A stretch of 63,938 bases of DNA, filler included, from Octopus bimaculoides (GCF_001194135.2; 6 parts of 5 records of this genome joined end to end with filler, not necessarily neighbours in it); one strand, 5' to 3'; shown: positions 1-14,105, numbered from the whole stretch's first letter. Numbers and translations: made by a program. Notes: generated by a model from the letters alone, not told the origin.

Positions 1-34
<34 letters not shown>

Positions 35-569
35 TATACGTACATACACACACACACACACACATATGAGCCTGCGCATGTGTATCTATTGACGTCTGCT
101 CTTATATTATTAAACACAGTTTCACGTACATATACGTGCGCATATGTATATAAGTTTGTTTGATTATGTGTATATGTGTCGTCCTCTATGTATTCTGTGC
201 GTGCCTGGACATAATATTCCTCTCAGTTAGCCAGTCACTTTTCCTAAGCTTTAATGTCCTGTATTTGATCAATAATTAAATTTTTAGAAATCTGTCCTTG
301 GCTTTAGACAAGTAGGAATCAAGATATCATAAATAATGAACAAGAGATTGTCAATTGGTGCTTCCTCTATTATCAGTCAAAGATGTCTTATTCTATATAT
401 CCGTGTCTATACTTATGTGTGCGTGTGTATGAATACATAAATGCAGATATAATTCAATCTATCGAGTCCTCTCTGCCCCTCTCTCCCAATACATAAATAA
501 TCAATTAGTACCCTCAATTTATTTGTCTATCAAGACATCTAACTAACTCAATCAACCTCTACATATAAA

Positions 570-586
570 CAGATAAACAGACAGAC

Positions 587-642
<56 letters not shown>
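570..642. repeat. (GACA)n/(GATA)n microsatellite
   Basis: Run of agac/agat tetramers read directly. Confidence 0.95.
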
Positions 643-643
<1 letters not shown>

Positions 644-688
644 TTCTCAAATATGTATATATACATAAATGTTAACAAAAGGGCTTGA

Positions 689-1005
689 AGGCGTTTGGAT
701 TAGTGTTTAGAGTATTCAGCTCGCGATCATAAGGTCCTGAGTTCAATTGCCGCCGAGGCGTTTTGTCCTTGAGAAAGACACTTTATTTCACGTTGCTCCA
801 GTCTCCTCAGCTGACATATTTGAGTGATACTTATATTTCAAAGGGCCGGCCTTTTCATATCCCGTGTGACATTGAATCTCCCTAAGTGAAGGATACACGT
901 GTCTGTAGAGAGCTCAGCCACTTGCATATATATTTCACAAGCAGACTGTTCCATTAATTAGATCGACTGGAAGCCTCCTCGACTTAACCGCCGGTGCGAG
1001 TGCCA
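689..1005 (+). mobile_element. tRNA-derived SINE
   Basis: tRNA-like head with A-box-like (ttagtgtttag) and B-box-like (gagttcaattg) motifs, then tgtccttgagaaagacactttatttcacgttgctccagt. The same head occurs inverted at ~21600-21730. Boundaries approximate. Confidence 0.75.
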
Positions 1006-2924
1006 TATATTCATATTCTATACATATACATAGACACAGGCACAAATATATATATATGTAAGTATATATAAAAATAGGGGCTTAATGCCTTCAGCTTAAG
1101 CCCTTGGCCCGACTGGTTTTAAGTAGTATCGGAGAGGATGGAGCGAAGCTACGAGGACATTCCACACTCTGACTGAAGAAGCAATTGGTTGCAAATGATT
1201 TGAAGGGAAGACGTTGTTTTTTGGTTCGATGTGTAACTCTTGTTATTTTAGTTGTTCTCGTTCTTGTTGGTATTATTTCGCTTTGTCGGGTCGGCAGACA
1301 TATTACGGAAGACAACCAATTTTATATTCATTTGTAGTGCTTCTCGGCTACGCATTTATAAGTATTTCCTTTACTTTTAAAGTTAGCATATATGATTCAA
1401 GGGCGATCGCTATCAATTTACGGGATCATATAGGAGTTCCCTCAATGACTCATGGTACCATAGGTGTCTCCTTACTGAAATGCTTAGTTTTCTTTCATCT
1501 AACCATCACATCCACATTAGTGAAATACGCAATCTTTTTCTATGACCGATATTTATAATACAGAATTTATACTGTACGTGTAGATACAAGCCTTCTCGTT
1601 GCAGATAATAAGATATTGTCGATCGCATTTATCCTAGGGAAGTTAAAACTGCATTCACCAAAATTGGTTTATTGAACTGAGGACAAATTGTCCGTCAAAG
1701 TGAGTTTAATCTTCTTCTTCTCATAGCAATGACCTTCATACGAGTTCGAATCTGACGAGAAATGTAAAGCAAATACGAGACAACGCATAGAGGTCAGTAC
1801 CGGCATAGCAACAGCCTTGTGAATAAAACCCTTTCAGAAACGCGAGAAAGGGGCAGAAGCGTCACTCGTTCTCATACAATGTAATATATTTACTTGACTT
1901 TCATGGAAGCGTGGAATGAGAACTGCAACCCATTTTGAAGATCATGGTGACATTATATGAGAGAGAGGGCAAGTGTTGCTCTAACATTTAGGATTAGCTT
2001 ATATATCGCCATACAACTAACACATCCCTCCAGAGACCCGCTGCAATAGCTACAGAGAACTAATTCAAATTTATGTTGACAGGTTGAATTAGAATTTAAA
2101 AGAAGAGGGCAATCGCATTTCAATCCTGATTAAATAAAGTAGAAAGGCCTGGAAAAATTTTCATTTTTGATTAACTTTGAGTAGCAAAAATACCTCTCTC
2201 CGGCTCATATCATATATTTGTGTACGTGCAAATATGAGCATGTGATGATTTCCTCATAAAAGAGTCACGCAGAGATATATACAGATAGACTGATGCAGAT
2301 TAGAGGTAGAGGAAGAAAGAAAGAGCGAAGTAGAAAACAAAAAGAGAAACTGAAAGAGAAGCACAAAGATAATAATAAAAAAAAAATTGAATATAAAATT
2401 ACTTACAGGAGTGTACAGAGAAAGATAATTGCCAAAATTTAATTATTATTTTCGTCATCCAATGGCAGTTTCACAAAAAATTATCTATGAAAGTTTCCAG
2501 AAAAAGGATTTATAATAATTTATCTGAAAGATTAATGTAAATTTCAGTGCAAAACTGTATATTGTTGAGTTGCCTTATCTTAACTCTAACAGAGCTTCAG
2601 CAGAAACGCTTTCATAAATGTCCTCATATAAGCCATTTAAGAGAACGACCTTCATTAGAGGAAGAGAGAATGACTGAGAGAAAATGATACAACTAAAAAT
2701 AGGCATACCCAGTCTAAATTTGTAGACTAGTTCGATAAATTGGTAAGGTTTCACAACTAAACATTGGCGGTATCTTTGTTGGATTTAATAATGATAATAG
2801 TAATAATAATAATAATAACAACAACAACAACAACAACAAAAACAACAACAACAACAATAATAATAATAACAATAATAATAACAATAATAATAATATGGTA
2901 TGAGGTATGTGATAAGTAAGAAAG

Positions 2925-3991
2925 AAAAGTCGAGAGATCTGACAGGTTAGCTTGGGAAATTAAGCAGTTTTGTTCGATGAAAAAGTTAGTAGTATTACTA
3001 ATAATTGTTGGTGCCCTGGGAACAGTGAGCAAAAGAAGAAGAAGAAGAAGAAGAAGAAGAAGAAGAAGAAGAAGAANNNNNNNNNNNNNNNNNNNNNNNN
3101 NNNNNNNNNNNNNNNNNNNNNNNNNNNNNNNNNNNNNNNNNNNNNNNNNNNNNNNNNNNNNNNNNNNNNNNNNNNNNNNNNNNNNNNNNNNNNNNNNNNN
3201 NNNNNNNNNNNNNNNNNNNNNNNNNNNNNNNNNNNNNNNNNNNNNNNNNNNNNNNNNNNNNNNNNNNNNNNNNNNNNNNNNNNNNNNNNNNNNNNNNNNN
3301 NNNNNNNNNNNNNNNNNNNNNNNNNNNNNNNNNNNNNNNNNNNNNNNNNNNNNNNNNNNNNNNNNNNNNNNNNNNNNNNNNNNNNNNNNNNNNNNNNNNN
3401 NNNNNNNNNNNNNNNNNNNNNNNNNNNNNNNNNNNNNNNNNNNNNNNNNNNNNNNNNNNNNNNNNNNNNNNNNNNNNNNNNNNNNNNNNNNNNNNNNNNN
3501 NNNNNNNNNNNNNNNNNNNNNNNNNNNNNNNNNNNNNNNNNNNNNNNNNNNNNNNNNNNNNNNNNNNNNNNNNNNNNNNNNNNNNNNNNNNNNNNNNNNN
3601 NNNNNNNNNNNNNNNNNNNNNNNNNNNNNNNNNNNNNNNNNNNNNNNNNNNNNNNNNNNNNNNNNNNNNNNNNNNNNNNNNNNNNNNNNNNNNNNNNNNN
3701 NNNNNNNNNNNNNNNNNNNNNNNNNNNNNNNNNNNNNNNNNNNNNNNNNNNNNNNAATAATAATAATAATCGTGCTAACTGGAACGACACATGTACTGAG
3801 AAGAGCATTATCGCTGTGAAAACAACATCCATTCATGAATTTTTTTTTCTCTTAAATACACGTTTTACCTGTGAATTTGCGTGTGTAAACTGGGAATGCA
3901 TACAACGAGTTTCTCTGCCCTAAGTGTACGGAAAACACTCGGCGAGAAATGGAAGAAAATTTGAAGAAAGAAGAAAAATAACAACAACAAC

Positions 3992-4040
<49 letters not shown>
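2925..4040 (+). mobile_element. R4/Dong-type LINE 3' remnant (REL endonuclease tail + 3'UTR), split by (AAG)n and an N gap
   Basis: Translates AWEIKQFCSMKKLVVLLIIVGALGTVSK before the gap and VLTGTTHVLRRALSL* after it. The 3'UTR (3860-3990) is nearly identical to 24606-24745. (AAT)n/(AAC)n tracts lie on both sides. Confidence 0.75.
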
Positions 4041-4042
<2 letters not shown>

Positions 4043-4843
4043 ATAATGAAGTAGAAGTTCATGAATTTTAACTTTCATATCAATGTATATACATGTGTGT
4101 ATGTAAGTATATGTTTAAATACACACACTCACGCACATACACATATATATGACACGTTATTATATGATGGTCATTACATATTTCTTTGTTGTAGTAAATT
4201 TAACTTACAGATGTTTCCGCTCTTTTGTGGTGTGTTATTGATTTATTCAATCGATCCATTCATCGCTTAAGAAAAATTGAGATACATAGAGAATTAATGC
4301 TAAGCTCAGCAGAGCAATTACAAAAATGCTAAAGAATGATGCAGGCTACTGAAAAGGGAGCGCAGAGGAGGAGTGAGTATAAGTTAAGTGGGAGAGATAT
4401 GAAGGGAAAGAGGGAAACGGGAAATGATATGCTAGAAAAGAAGGACAAAAAGGAATGGATAGAAATAAATACGAATGAGCAAAGGAAGAGAAATATTATA
4501 GAGGAGGCAAGCGATGGAAGAAGGGGTAAGCGATGGCCAGGCATCAAAGAGAGGACAGGAATAAAAACAGTTGCTTGGTGCTTGGAATTGGGTCATCGCG
4601 CTCAAATCGTTTTGCGTTATCATCAAGATAGTGGTATAGAAATTTGACATGCGCCACTTAGGTTCATGATCAAATCAGATATTTAATATTGGGTCCTTAC
4701 AACTATCTCACATTGCGTGTGAAATGTATGCGGAAAAGATGAATGGTAAATGGAATGAAGAAATCAACAGAAACCATAATATGATGAGAAGTTTGAGTAC
4801 AGAGACACACACACACATACTTATACATACATACACACATACA

Positions 4844-4877
<34 letters not shown>

Positions 4878-6557
4878 NNNNNNNNNNNNNNNNNNNNNNN
4901 NNNNNNNNNNNNNNNNNNNNNNNNNNNNNNNNNNNNNNNNNNNNNNNNNNNNNNNNNNNNNNNNNNNNNNNNNNNNNNNNNNNNNNNNNNNNNNNNNNNN
5001 NNNNNNNNNNNNNNNNNNNNNNNNNNNNNNNNNNNNNNNNNNNNNNNNNNNNNNNNNNNNNNNNNNNNNNNNNNNNNNNNNNNNNNNNNNNNNNNNNNNN
5101 NNNNNNNNNNNNNNNNNNNNNNNNNNNNNNNNNNNNNNNNNNNNNNNNNNNNNNNNNNNNNNNNNNNNNNNNNNNNNNNNNNNNNNNNNNNNNNNNNNNN
5201 NNNNNNNNNNNNNNNNNNNNNNNNNNNNNNNNNNNNNNNNNNNNNNNNNNNNNNNNNNNNNNNNNNNNNNNNNNNNNNNNNNNNNNNNNNNNNNNNNNNN
5301 NNNNNNNNNNNNNNNNNNNNNNNNNNNNNNNNNNNNNNNNNNNNNNNNNNNNNNNNNNNNNNNNNNNNNNNNNNNNNNNNNNNNNNNNNNNNNNNNNNNN
5401 NNNNNNNNNNNNNNNNNNNNNNNNNNNNNNNNNNNNNNNNNNNNNNNNNNNNNNNNNNNNNNNNNNNNNNNNNNNNNNNNNNNNNNNNNNNNNNNNNNNN
5501 NNNNNNNNNNNNNNNNNNNNNNNNNNNNNNNNNNNNNNNNNNNNNNNNNNNNNNNNNNNNNNNNNNNNNNNNNNNNNNNNNNNNNNNNNNNNNNNNNNNN
5601 NNTATATATATATATATATATGTTTGAATGTATGTATGTATGTATGTATGTGTTGGATGAGCGGTATTACTGCGCAAAAGTCTGCCTCTCCTTTCTGGCT
5701 AAGAAACGAGGATACTGAATGGTGTGCTGCTTGTGAAACTCAGTGCAATGTCTCAAGAAGATTCGGCATTTACTGAATCATTAAAAAAATATAATTTACG
5801 TATTGCAAAATAGTGAGAATGTCAGTTTGAATTGTTCACCTATCTATCAATATTTCTTTTTCTATATATCGCCTAATACATGTAAGTGTATATATGTGAT
5901 ATATTCACATGCATGTGTGCATAAATATATATGTGTGTGTGTTTGTGTGTGAATGCATGTATTAAGGTATGTACGCAATTATGCACGTATGAATATATTA
6001 AAAAACATATATACAACCATATTCATATATATATTTGTGTGTCGGTGTGTATGTGTGTATACATACACAAACATACTCACACACACAAGCACACGCTCAC
6101 AGATGCAAGCGCACGCGCACACACACATTTGAAGAATTTCAAATTTCCCAGAAGGTAATCAATTTTACAAAAATTACTTCCTATTTTATTACAATACCAA
6201 AATAAAAGATTCTATATGCCTATAAGCATGTATAAAATATTTCTAAAAAAAATCATTCCGTAGGGTTTGTCCAATACATATATACTTTAAATTATCTCCG
6301 AATAACCTATATTAATTCCATTTATTCTGACCTTTGTAATACTTACTTCCACACATTTAAGTACTCTGGTAAGTACATATTCCCGATGTCTATAAGCAAA
6401 AGTTCACAAATTCCAAGGTCCTTCGATTTCCAGATTGACAGTAAATCTCGGAAATGGATATGCCTGCATAGTACATACACATATATACATACATACATAC
6501 ATACATACAAAAAAATATATTATATATGTAAATATGTATCTAATTCTTTATATAAGA

Positions 6558-6643
<86 letters not shown>

Positions 6644-7574
6644 GTATACATACTTATAGATATATGAATATATGCATGCAATAATTCATATATAAATATA
6701 TATATATATTCATATGTTCATATGTCTCCCTTGTTCCCGTTCCCTCTTTTCCCTTTCTACCTTTCTCTATATACAGACATATATATGAATATACATATAC
6801 AGATATGTATTATTAAAAGCTATTCATTCTTTTCTTCCTCCTTTGCTTTTCAAAATATTAATCATTTATATCCATCAGGCTTTCCTATAATTCTAATTCC
6901 TTTCCATTTTTGAGTGTGATATTTTCCCCTTATAATCATAGAAAATAAATCCTTCAACCTTTCACATAACATGAAGGCTTCATTCAATTAAATTCTCTAT
7001 ATTTCTATATGCATGTACTCACCTAAATTGCGTAGTATTTTTCTCACGATATATGGCAATTATTATCCAACAATTGAATCTTTTGCAGATATAAAATTAA
7101 TTATTTAATTATCACATATATTTGTCATCAAAATCACCTTAGAATAGAGATGATTACTCCTCTTTCATATACATAACGAAATTTTTAAACATTTCCCTTC
7201 AATTTTCATTGATATCCTTATTAATATGATACAAATCGTAAAGACCACGTAATGAATAAATGTTCGAAATATCTGTGTGAGCTAAAAAAAAATCTATCGG
7301 TTTAGTATATGTAATTTTCCGTTAAAACTAAAACTAACTGAATTAACTGTATTAATATAACTGTTACAAATTCCTACATTTGTGTGCATAAATATGTATG
7401 ATGTAATATTTCAATAGTATGAAAAGCTACTTAGGTAATTAGTTACTATATTCAGTTTTAATTAATATAACATTTTTATAACGGATATGTACGCAAATTG
7501 AAGTTTTTGATTTGAACAATCTTTTATCTCTAATCTTTTCCTTGTCTTAGTCATTAGACTGCGATCATAAAAAA

Positions 7575-7715
7575 CGAGAACATAAAATAAAACATAAAAT
7601 ATAAAACATAAAATATAAAACAGAATAAAACTAAAATAAAACATAAAATAAAACTAAAATATAAAACATAAAACATAAAACATAAAATAAAACTATAATA
7701 AAATAAAACAAAAAC
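7575..7715. repeat. A-rich low-complexity repeat (TAAAA/CATAAAA units)
   Basis: Repeated aaaacataaaat-type units. Confidence 0.8.
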
Positions 7716-8227
7716 ATGGAAAAGGAACTTTTGTTTTTGAACAACAAAAGAAACAAATAGAGAAACGAGACAATCAACATAAAGAACAATCCCTTCATGT
7801 GTTGTCTCCTGTTTTATCTACTCCGTGTTTCGAACGTTGGGACAAGCCGCGACTTCGTTAAATCAGTTGTTCACGCAAGGCAAATTAGATTAAATTTGGG
7901 ATTTGCGGAGGTTTAAAGTGATAGCAAAAACAGGATAGGAAGAACAAAAGAGTAAAAACAAACGGCAAGGGCAGTTAAGCCATCGCCAGTTGAAGTGGTG
8001 AACGCTGGAGAAACGAGCTTGACAGGAGACAGGAAAAAGTGTGTCTTGTATCATGTAAAGCAAGAGGAAGAAAGAGAGAGATCGCGGCTGGTCACGTGTG
8101 AGCAACGTGAGGTAAAGGAGGAAGAGTGAGGGAAAGAGAATGGTGAAGGGAGGAGGAGAAGAAAGACAGAAAGAAAGAAGAATAAAGGGGAGAAAAGAGA
8201 TATTTGTACAATGCGCATCAGAATATA

Positions 8228-9487
8228 TCAGGTCATCTCATAAGCCCTGTCCGAATTTTGAATAAGGAAATCAAGTGATCAAATGTTATATTTAATTGAA
8301 ATTTAATCGTCAATGTACTTTCCCTGATTATCTATGACTTCCTTCCATCTATTTACAAGCTTTTTAATCCCATCAATGTAAAACTCTTTTGGTTTCAAAG
8401 CGAAGAACTCTGAAATGTCAGTTTCGACCTCCACCTGTCTTGCGAAAGTTATATCTCCCAAATGATTTTGTAAACTACGAAACAAATGGTAGTCTGAAGG
8501 AGCAAGGTCGGGAGAATAAGGTGGATGAGGAATTTTTTCCCAATCAACCTCTGCGCTTTCTGTGATGTGATCTTTGTAGTGTGGGGTTGCGCAATGTCCT
8601 GAAGAAACATTACTCCTTTTCGATTCACTAAAGCGGGTCTTTTTTTTTTCAAAGCTTGGTTCAAACACTCTAATTGCTGACAGTAGACTTGAGCATTGAT
8701 TACTGCATTTGGTGGTAACAATTCAAAGTTAATTACTCCTTTGAAATCCCACCAGATAGAGAGAAGAACCTTTTCCCCATGAAGTTCCCTTCTTGGTTGT
8801 GGTTGAGCTTTTTCCCTTTTACCAAGCCAGTTTACGATGTTAAACATTTCGATAGAAGATCCATTTTTCATCAGCAGTCACAAGTCTATCCAAAAAGCGA
8901 GAATGGAGAGAATAGCAGATGTCAACTTGGGATTCGCGGTTGCTTTCGGACAATTCAAGGGGCACCCATTTTCCAAGTTTAGGAACCTTTCCAAGTTGTT
9001 GAAGATGACGATAAACAGTTGTATCGGTTGACTTAAGCTTCATTGTCAATTCTTCAACTGATAATGAAAGAATTTCTTCAAGTAATGCCTCAAAGAACCT
9101 ATTCTCAAACTCAACTGGACGTCCTGTTCGATCTTCATCTTCAAGGCTGAAATCTCCACTTCTGAATTTTGCAAACCATCTGCTGCAAGTTCTTTCATTC
9201 AAGCATTCTTTCCCATAAACTGAGTGTATGTTTCGAGTCGCTTCGGCTGCAGAGTTTCCTTTTTTGTACTCATAAAGCATTATGTGCCTCAAATGTTCTT
9301 TGGATACTTCCATGTTAGAAAGTGTTTTAATCAAAGAAATTTTAATTCTATTATTCTGTAAAATAATATTTAATTAGTTTAAATGTACAGAAAAAAAAAT
9401 TACTTCTATTTGACATTCTAAAATACTATTAAATTTCATGCAGCTTTAAAAATGGTAAAATCGGAGAGAACTTATGGGATGACCTGA
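8228..9487 (-). mobile_element. Full-length mariner (DD34D) element, 1260 bp, frameshifted
   Basis: Imperfect TIRs tcaggtcatctcataagccctgtccgaatttt / aaaatcggagagaacttatgggatgacctga, with TA at 8226-27 and 9488-89. Contains a transposase remnant. Confidence 0.93.
8303..9313 (-). pseudogene. Mariner transposase pseudogene (three ORF pieces)
   Basis: Starts MEVSKEHLRHIMLYEYKKGNSAAEATRNI (HTH). Motifs WVPLEL, VTADEKW, MFLQDIAQPH and HPPYSPDLAPSDYHLF are present. Frameshifts near 8850 and 8660. Confidence 0.92.
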
Positions 9488-9848
9488 TATATGTTTCGAA
9501 TAGATAGAGGCTGTTCATTCTCAGTGATGTATTTCATCCAAGCGTACTCCATTCTAGCTCTATATCGATTAATTTTCCTGGAATTTGTTAATTTGTGTTA
9601 GTAGCAGTGCTTATTGATGGTTCTTCTTCGACATCGGCACTTTACACTTATGAAGTCCCAGTTGTCGTTATAGATGTTGTCATCTGTCCGACATTAGAGA
9701 ACAGAGTTTTAATAATACAATATTTCTTTATATCGTGTTTCTTTAAATCATATATATATACNNNNNNNNNNTATATATATAAATCATATATATATCTATA
9801 TCTATATATATATATAAATTTATATATATATATATAGATATATAGATA

Positions 9849-9881
<33 letters not shown>

Positions 9882-10129
9882 TATGTCTTTATGTGTGTAT
9901 GTATACATACAAACACACACACATATAGAGAGAGAGGGAAAGAGGGACAGAGAGAGAAAGTGATAGATATATAGACACATTTTTACTTATTTATATATAT
10001 ACCTGTAAATATATATGTATATCCGTATAAATATCCAGATACAGGCATATATGTGTGTTTGTGTGTGCACATATGTAAATATATACTATGAACGTGTATA
10101 TATACATATATGTGTGTGTGTATATGTAT

Positions 10130-10198
<69 letters not shown>

Positions 10199-11057
10199 GG
10201 GGGGGGGTATATATATACGTATATATACGCATGTATGTATTTTGATGTATACATTTGCGTGTCAGCGTATAATTCACAGGTTCCTATTAGTATTCCTACT
10301 TTTAATTCACATCATTTACATATAGTATTCACAGGCTGGAGTTTTCGAAAGGAATTTAATATTGACATTTCACAAAAACCGTTTAGTTTCAAAAACAACC
10401 CCAACGACAACAATTACATGTAATAGGAAATATTCTGCAATCTTATCCATTTATTTGCTGAGAAAAAAAAAAGAATGAATTTAAAAACTGAATAAATGCA
10501 AAAAGCACAAAAAAAAACGACAATAAATTCAAACACAGAAATTCTTTCGATGAATAAGTTATTTGCTTTTAAAATGCCACGTCACAAATATAAAACAATA
10601 AAACACGAAAGCAAAATAGCAACTAAATAATAAAAAGCAACGAGACACAATTTGTTAAAATGCTGCAACATTAAATTTAAAAGTGATGTTGTGGCTACAG
10701 GTAAGAGTGATAAACTATTCAGAGTTTTGTCAGTTAAATCTAGCAAGATATATCCCCCTGGCGAAATCATTTTGTCAAATCTGGTTTTCTAAATTAATTC
10801 TGGAATTGGCGTCGGTTTTAGATTTATGAGTTTCATTATCGGGACAGCAAGATAATAGATATATGTATATATGTACATGTGTGCCTGTATATATTTATAT
10901 GTTTACGTCTCGATGTAAGTGAACGTTAATATATTTATGTAACCATGTGTTAGTGTGCATTAATGCATATAATTTCACAATGTATAATACATATGAGTGT
11001 GTATGTGTGTGTGTGTGTATGTATATATGAATGTTTGTATGTATATATGTCTCTCTC

Positions 11058-11096
<39 letters not shown>

Positions 11097-11154
11097 GTAT
11101 ATATAAATATGTATGTATGTAGATATGTATAAATACACGCACGCGCATATAGAT

Positions 11155-11233
<79 letters not shown>

Positions 11234-11779
11234 CTGAGCTAAATGCATCGCTATCTGTAATCCTGTCACATTGATATTCGTGACCACATAATATAACATG
11301 ATAATATAATGTAATACAGCATAAATATTTATATATAAATATAAATATGTGCATGTGTGTATACTCGTGTGCGTGCGTGTGTGTGCGTACGTGAGTGCGT
11401 GTGTGCGTGTATGCGTGTTAGTGAGTGTACTTGGCAGAAAGAGTAACCACATTCTTACGATGAGAATTCATGAGTCGAAAGCTATGTATACAGGAATGAG
11501 CTAATGTTTTGGAGGTATTCGCTCTTTGCTCTTCTCTGCTTTGTAAATGTTTCTGTTGTAGTTATAATGGAGAATCGGTGTCTGCAGAGCCCTATCGAGT
11601 CTAGACCTATGGTCAAATAAACTGTGGCCAAGGATTCCAAATATATTCAGAGTTACTTTACGTTAAAATACATGATGATTACGTCGACTGTAAAGGAAAA
11701 TCAGGCACGAGGTTTTACTAAGAGACATCTGCCGTTCAAATAGAAACGGTTGTTAGACTACTTCCTCCATAATAAATCA

Positions 11780-13650
11780 TCTTCGTTTGTTGTATTCCAG
11801 TGAAGCATCTACAAAATGAAATAGGTTTTTGGCGGAGATAGGTTTCTTTATTAGCCACACAGGGCTCAACACAGAGGGGACAAAATACAAATGTAGAGTT
11901 TTTCTTTTCGAGGGGGTCGAAATCAAAGCAGAAAAAAAAACAAAAGTGGGGACAACGATGAAAAGAAAAAAANNNNNNNNNNNNNNNNNNNNNNNNNNNN
12001 NNNNNNNNNNNNNNNNNNNNNNNNNNNNNNNNNNNNNNNNNNNNNNNNNNNNNNNNNNNNNNNNNNNNNNNNNNNNNNNNNNNNNNNNNNNNNNNNNNNN
12101 NNNNNNNNNNNNNNNNNNNNNNNNNNNNNNNNNNNNNNNNNNNNNNNNNNNNNNNNNNNNNNNNNNNNNNNNNNNNNNNNNNNNNNNNNNNNNNNNNNNN
12201 NNNNNNNNNNNNNNNNNNNNNNNNNNNNNNNNNNNNNNNNNNNNNNNNNNNNNNNNNNNNNNNNNNNNNNNNNNNNNNNNNNNNNNNNNNNNNNNNNNNN
12301 NNNNNNNNNNNNNNNNNNNNNNNNNNNNNNNNNNNNNNNNNNNNNNNNNNNNNNNNNNNNNNNNNNNNNNNNNNNNNNNNNNNNNNNNNNNNNNNNNNNN
12401 NNNNNNNNNNNNNNNNNNNNNNNNNNNNNNNNNNNNNNNNNNNNNNNNNNNNNNNNNNNNNNNNNNNNNNNNNNNNNNNNNNNNNNNNNNNNNNNNNNNN
12501 NNNNNNNNNNNNNNNNNNNNNNNNNNNNNNNNNNNNNNNNNNNNNNNNNNNNNNNNNNNNNNNNNNNNNNNNNNNNNNNNNNNNNNNNNNNNNNNNNNNN
12601 NNNNNNNNNNNNNNNNNNNNNNNNNNNNNNNNNNNNNNNNNNNNNNNNNNNNNNNNNNNNNNNNNNNNNNNNNNNNNNNNNNNNNNNNNNNNNNNNNNNN
12701 NNNNNNNNNNNNNNNNNNNNNNNNNNNNNNNNNNNNNNNNNNNNNNNNCACTAATCCCCTATAGAATGACTTCGTTGTGATGCAGCCGCTCAAGGTCGAC
12801 CCGGGACGGCAAAGTTGTTGCAGAGCAACGCGACACTCACGGTGCCATTCGCCATTCCTCGGCCTCTTTTTGATCCACGACTGCAGCTCGGTCATGGAGA
12901 CGAGCTGCGGGAAAGCGCGTCGCACAAACGGCGACCACACCTGCTCACCGTCGTCTACGTAGAGCCGGAGATGTCGCAGTCTCAGCGCATGTCTGCGCAT
13001 CATCAACCACGGCATGCCCAGCCCTCCTTTCAGCGGGTGTTGGCGGAGATAAATCCATGGGCAGGACTGATGGAAATTTTTTTTGAAAAATGACGAAATC
13101 AACACTGAAAAGAAATGACACAGTCGAAAATAATCAACTGCGACCCGTGAAACGAATTTTCGAAGGAGTGAATGAATTAGTGCACGTGGTCAGACGATTT
13201 TCAATCTGAAAGCTTGCGGTACGAGTACACTTTGCGTACATACATCACAAAAGATCGGTGGAACACATGAGATATCGGGAAACGTGTTCAAATTGTGTAC
13301 GTCGGGGGTTGACAACCGATTTGGAGGAGATAACGGTGGGACACTGCAGTGATCGGCTGAGAATGATTGAAGTCAAATGAGGTTATGCTTGTTTCATCAC
13401 CTGTCTGTCGACAGGGAGTGATGTTTTGGTATAACGCTATGAGCACAGGTGCAATCCAAGTAATGAGCGTCAATACCTCTCCTCCATGTCAAAGAATTTT
13501 AAAAGACAGCAATCGGCACAGAAAGACATGATTACTATTTTGGTAGATGATAAGGGCGTTATTATCCTTGATTTTCTTGAACGTCCCCGTGCAAATGAAC
13601 AGTGCCACTAGTACACTGGGACACTGGGAAAATCAAAAGAGAAGTTAGGT
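11780..13650 (+). mobile_element. Old mariner remnant interrupted by a Tx1 LINE
   Basis: Degenerate translations LKNDEINTEKK*HSR (cf. FKNG..S.EDKPRSGR) and NFKRQQSAQKDMITIL..DDKGVIILDFLER (cf. KKFK.QPSAGKVM..FWD.KGVI..DFLE). Many stops and indels; boundaries approximate. Confidence 0.55.
11841..13039 (-). mobile_element. 5'-truncated Tx1/L1-clade LINE with 12-bp TSD (TTGGCGGAGATA at 11829-11840 and 13040-13051)
   Basis: Open frame QHPLKGGLGMPWLMMRRHALRLRHLRLY...WHRECRVALQQL resembles the post-RT GGLG region of L1/Tx1 ORF2. The 3' end reads ...gtgtggctaataaagaaa on the minus strand. Identical 12-mers flank it; the middle is an N gap. Confidence 0.75.
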
Positions 13651-14105
13651 GTGGTTGTTGTTGTTGTTGTTGTGGTGGTGGTGGTGGTGGTGGTGGTGGT
13701 GGTGGTGATGTTCTTGTCGTTCTGGTTGTTGTTGGTGGTGGTAGTTCATATAGATATTGCAGTTGTTCTTTCTCGTTGCTACAAATTAGACCACTTTCAG
13801 TTTTGATTAAAGCATTGTTGTTGTTGGGGATGCTGCTGCTGTTGCTGCTGATGATGATGATGATGATGATGAGGGGTGGAGGGTGGTTTTGGTGGGGGTG
13901 TCGGTGGAGGTGGTGGCGGTGGCGGTGAAGACATAGGCGGTGAAGACATAGGCGGTGAAGACAGTGGCGGTGAAGACAGTGGCGGTGAAGGTGGTGGGAT
14001 GTTAGAGTTCGTGTTGTTGTTGGTTGTGGTTTTGTTGTTGTTGGTGGTGGTGGTTTTTGTGGTGGTGGTGGTGGTAGTCGTGGTTCATGCAGATATTGTT
14101 GTTGT
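13650..14105. repeat. Compound (GTT)n/(GGT)n/(GAT)n microsatellite with an internal 15-bp minisatellite
   Basis: Four copies of ggcggtgaagaca(ta/gt) plus a partial fifth at ~13921-13990. Confidence 0.9.

Noticed and set aside
689-780. tRNA gene calls at SINE heads (also ~21660-21731)
   Set aside because: No complete cloverleaf; each continues into a SINE body shared among copies.
1605-1699. Acceptor/donor-bounded 95-nt segment
   Set aside because: Stops in all three frames and nothing else supports it; such motif pairs are expected by chance.
4336-4647. 103-aa charged ORF (MMQATEKGAQ...)
   Set aside because: A purine-rich low-complexity strand avoids stop codons by composition. No recognisable motif or convincing splice context.
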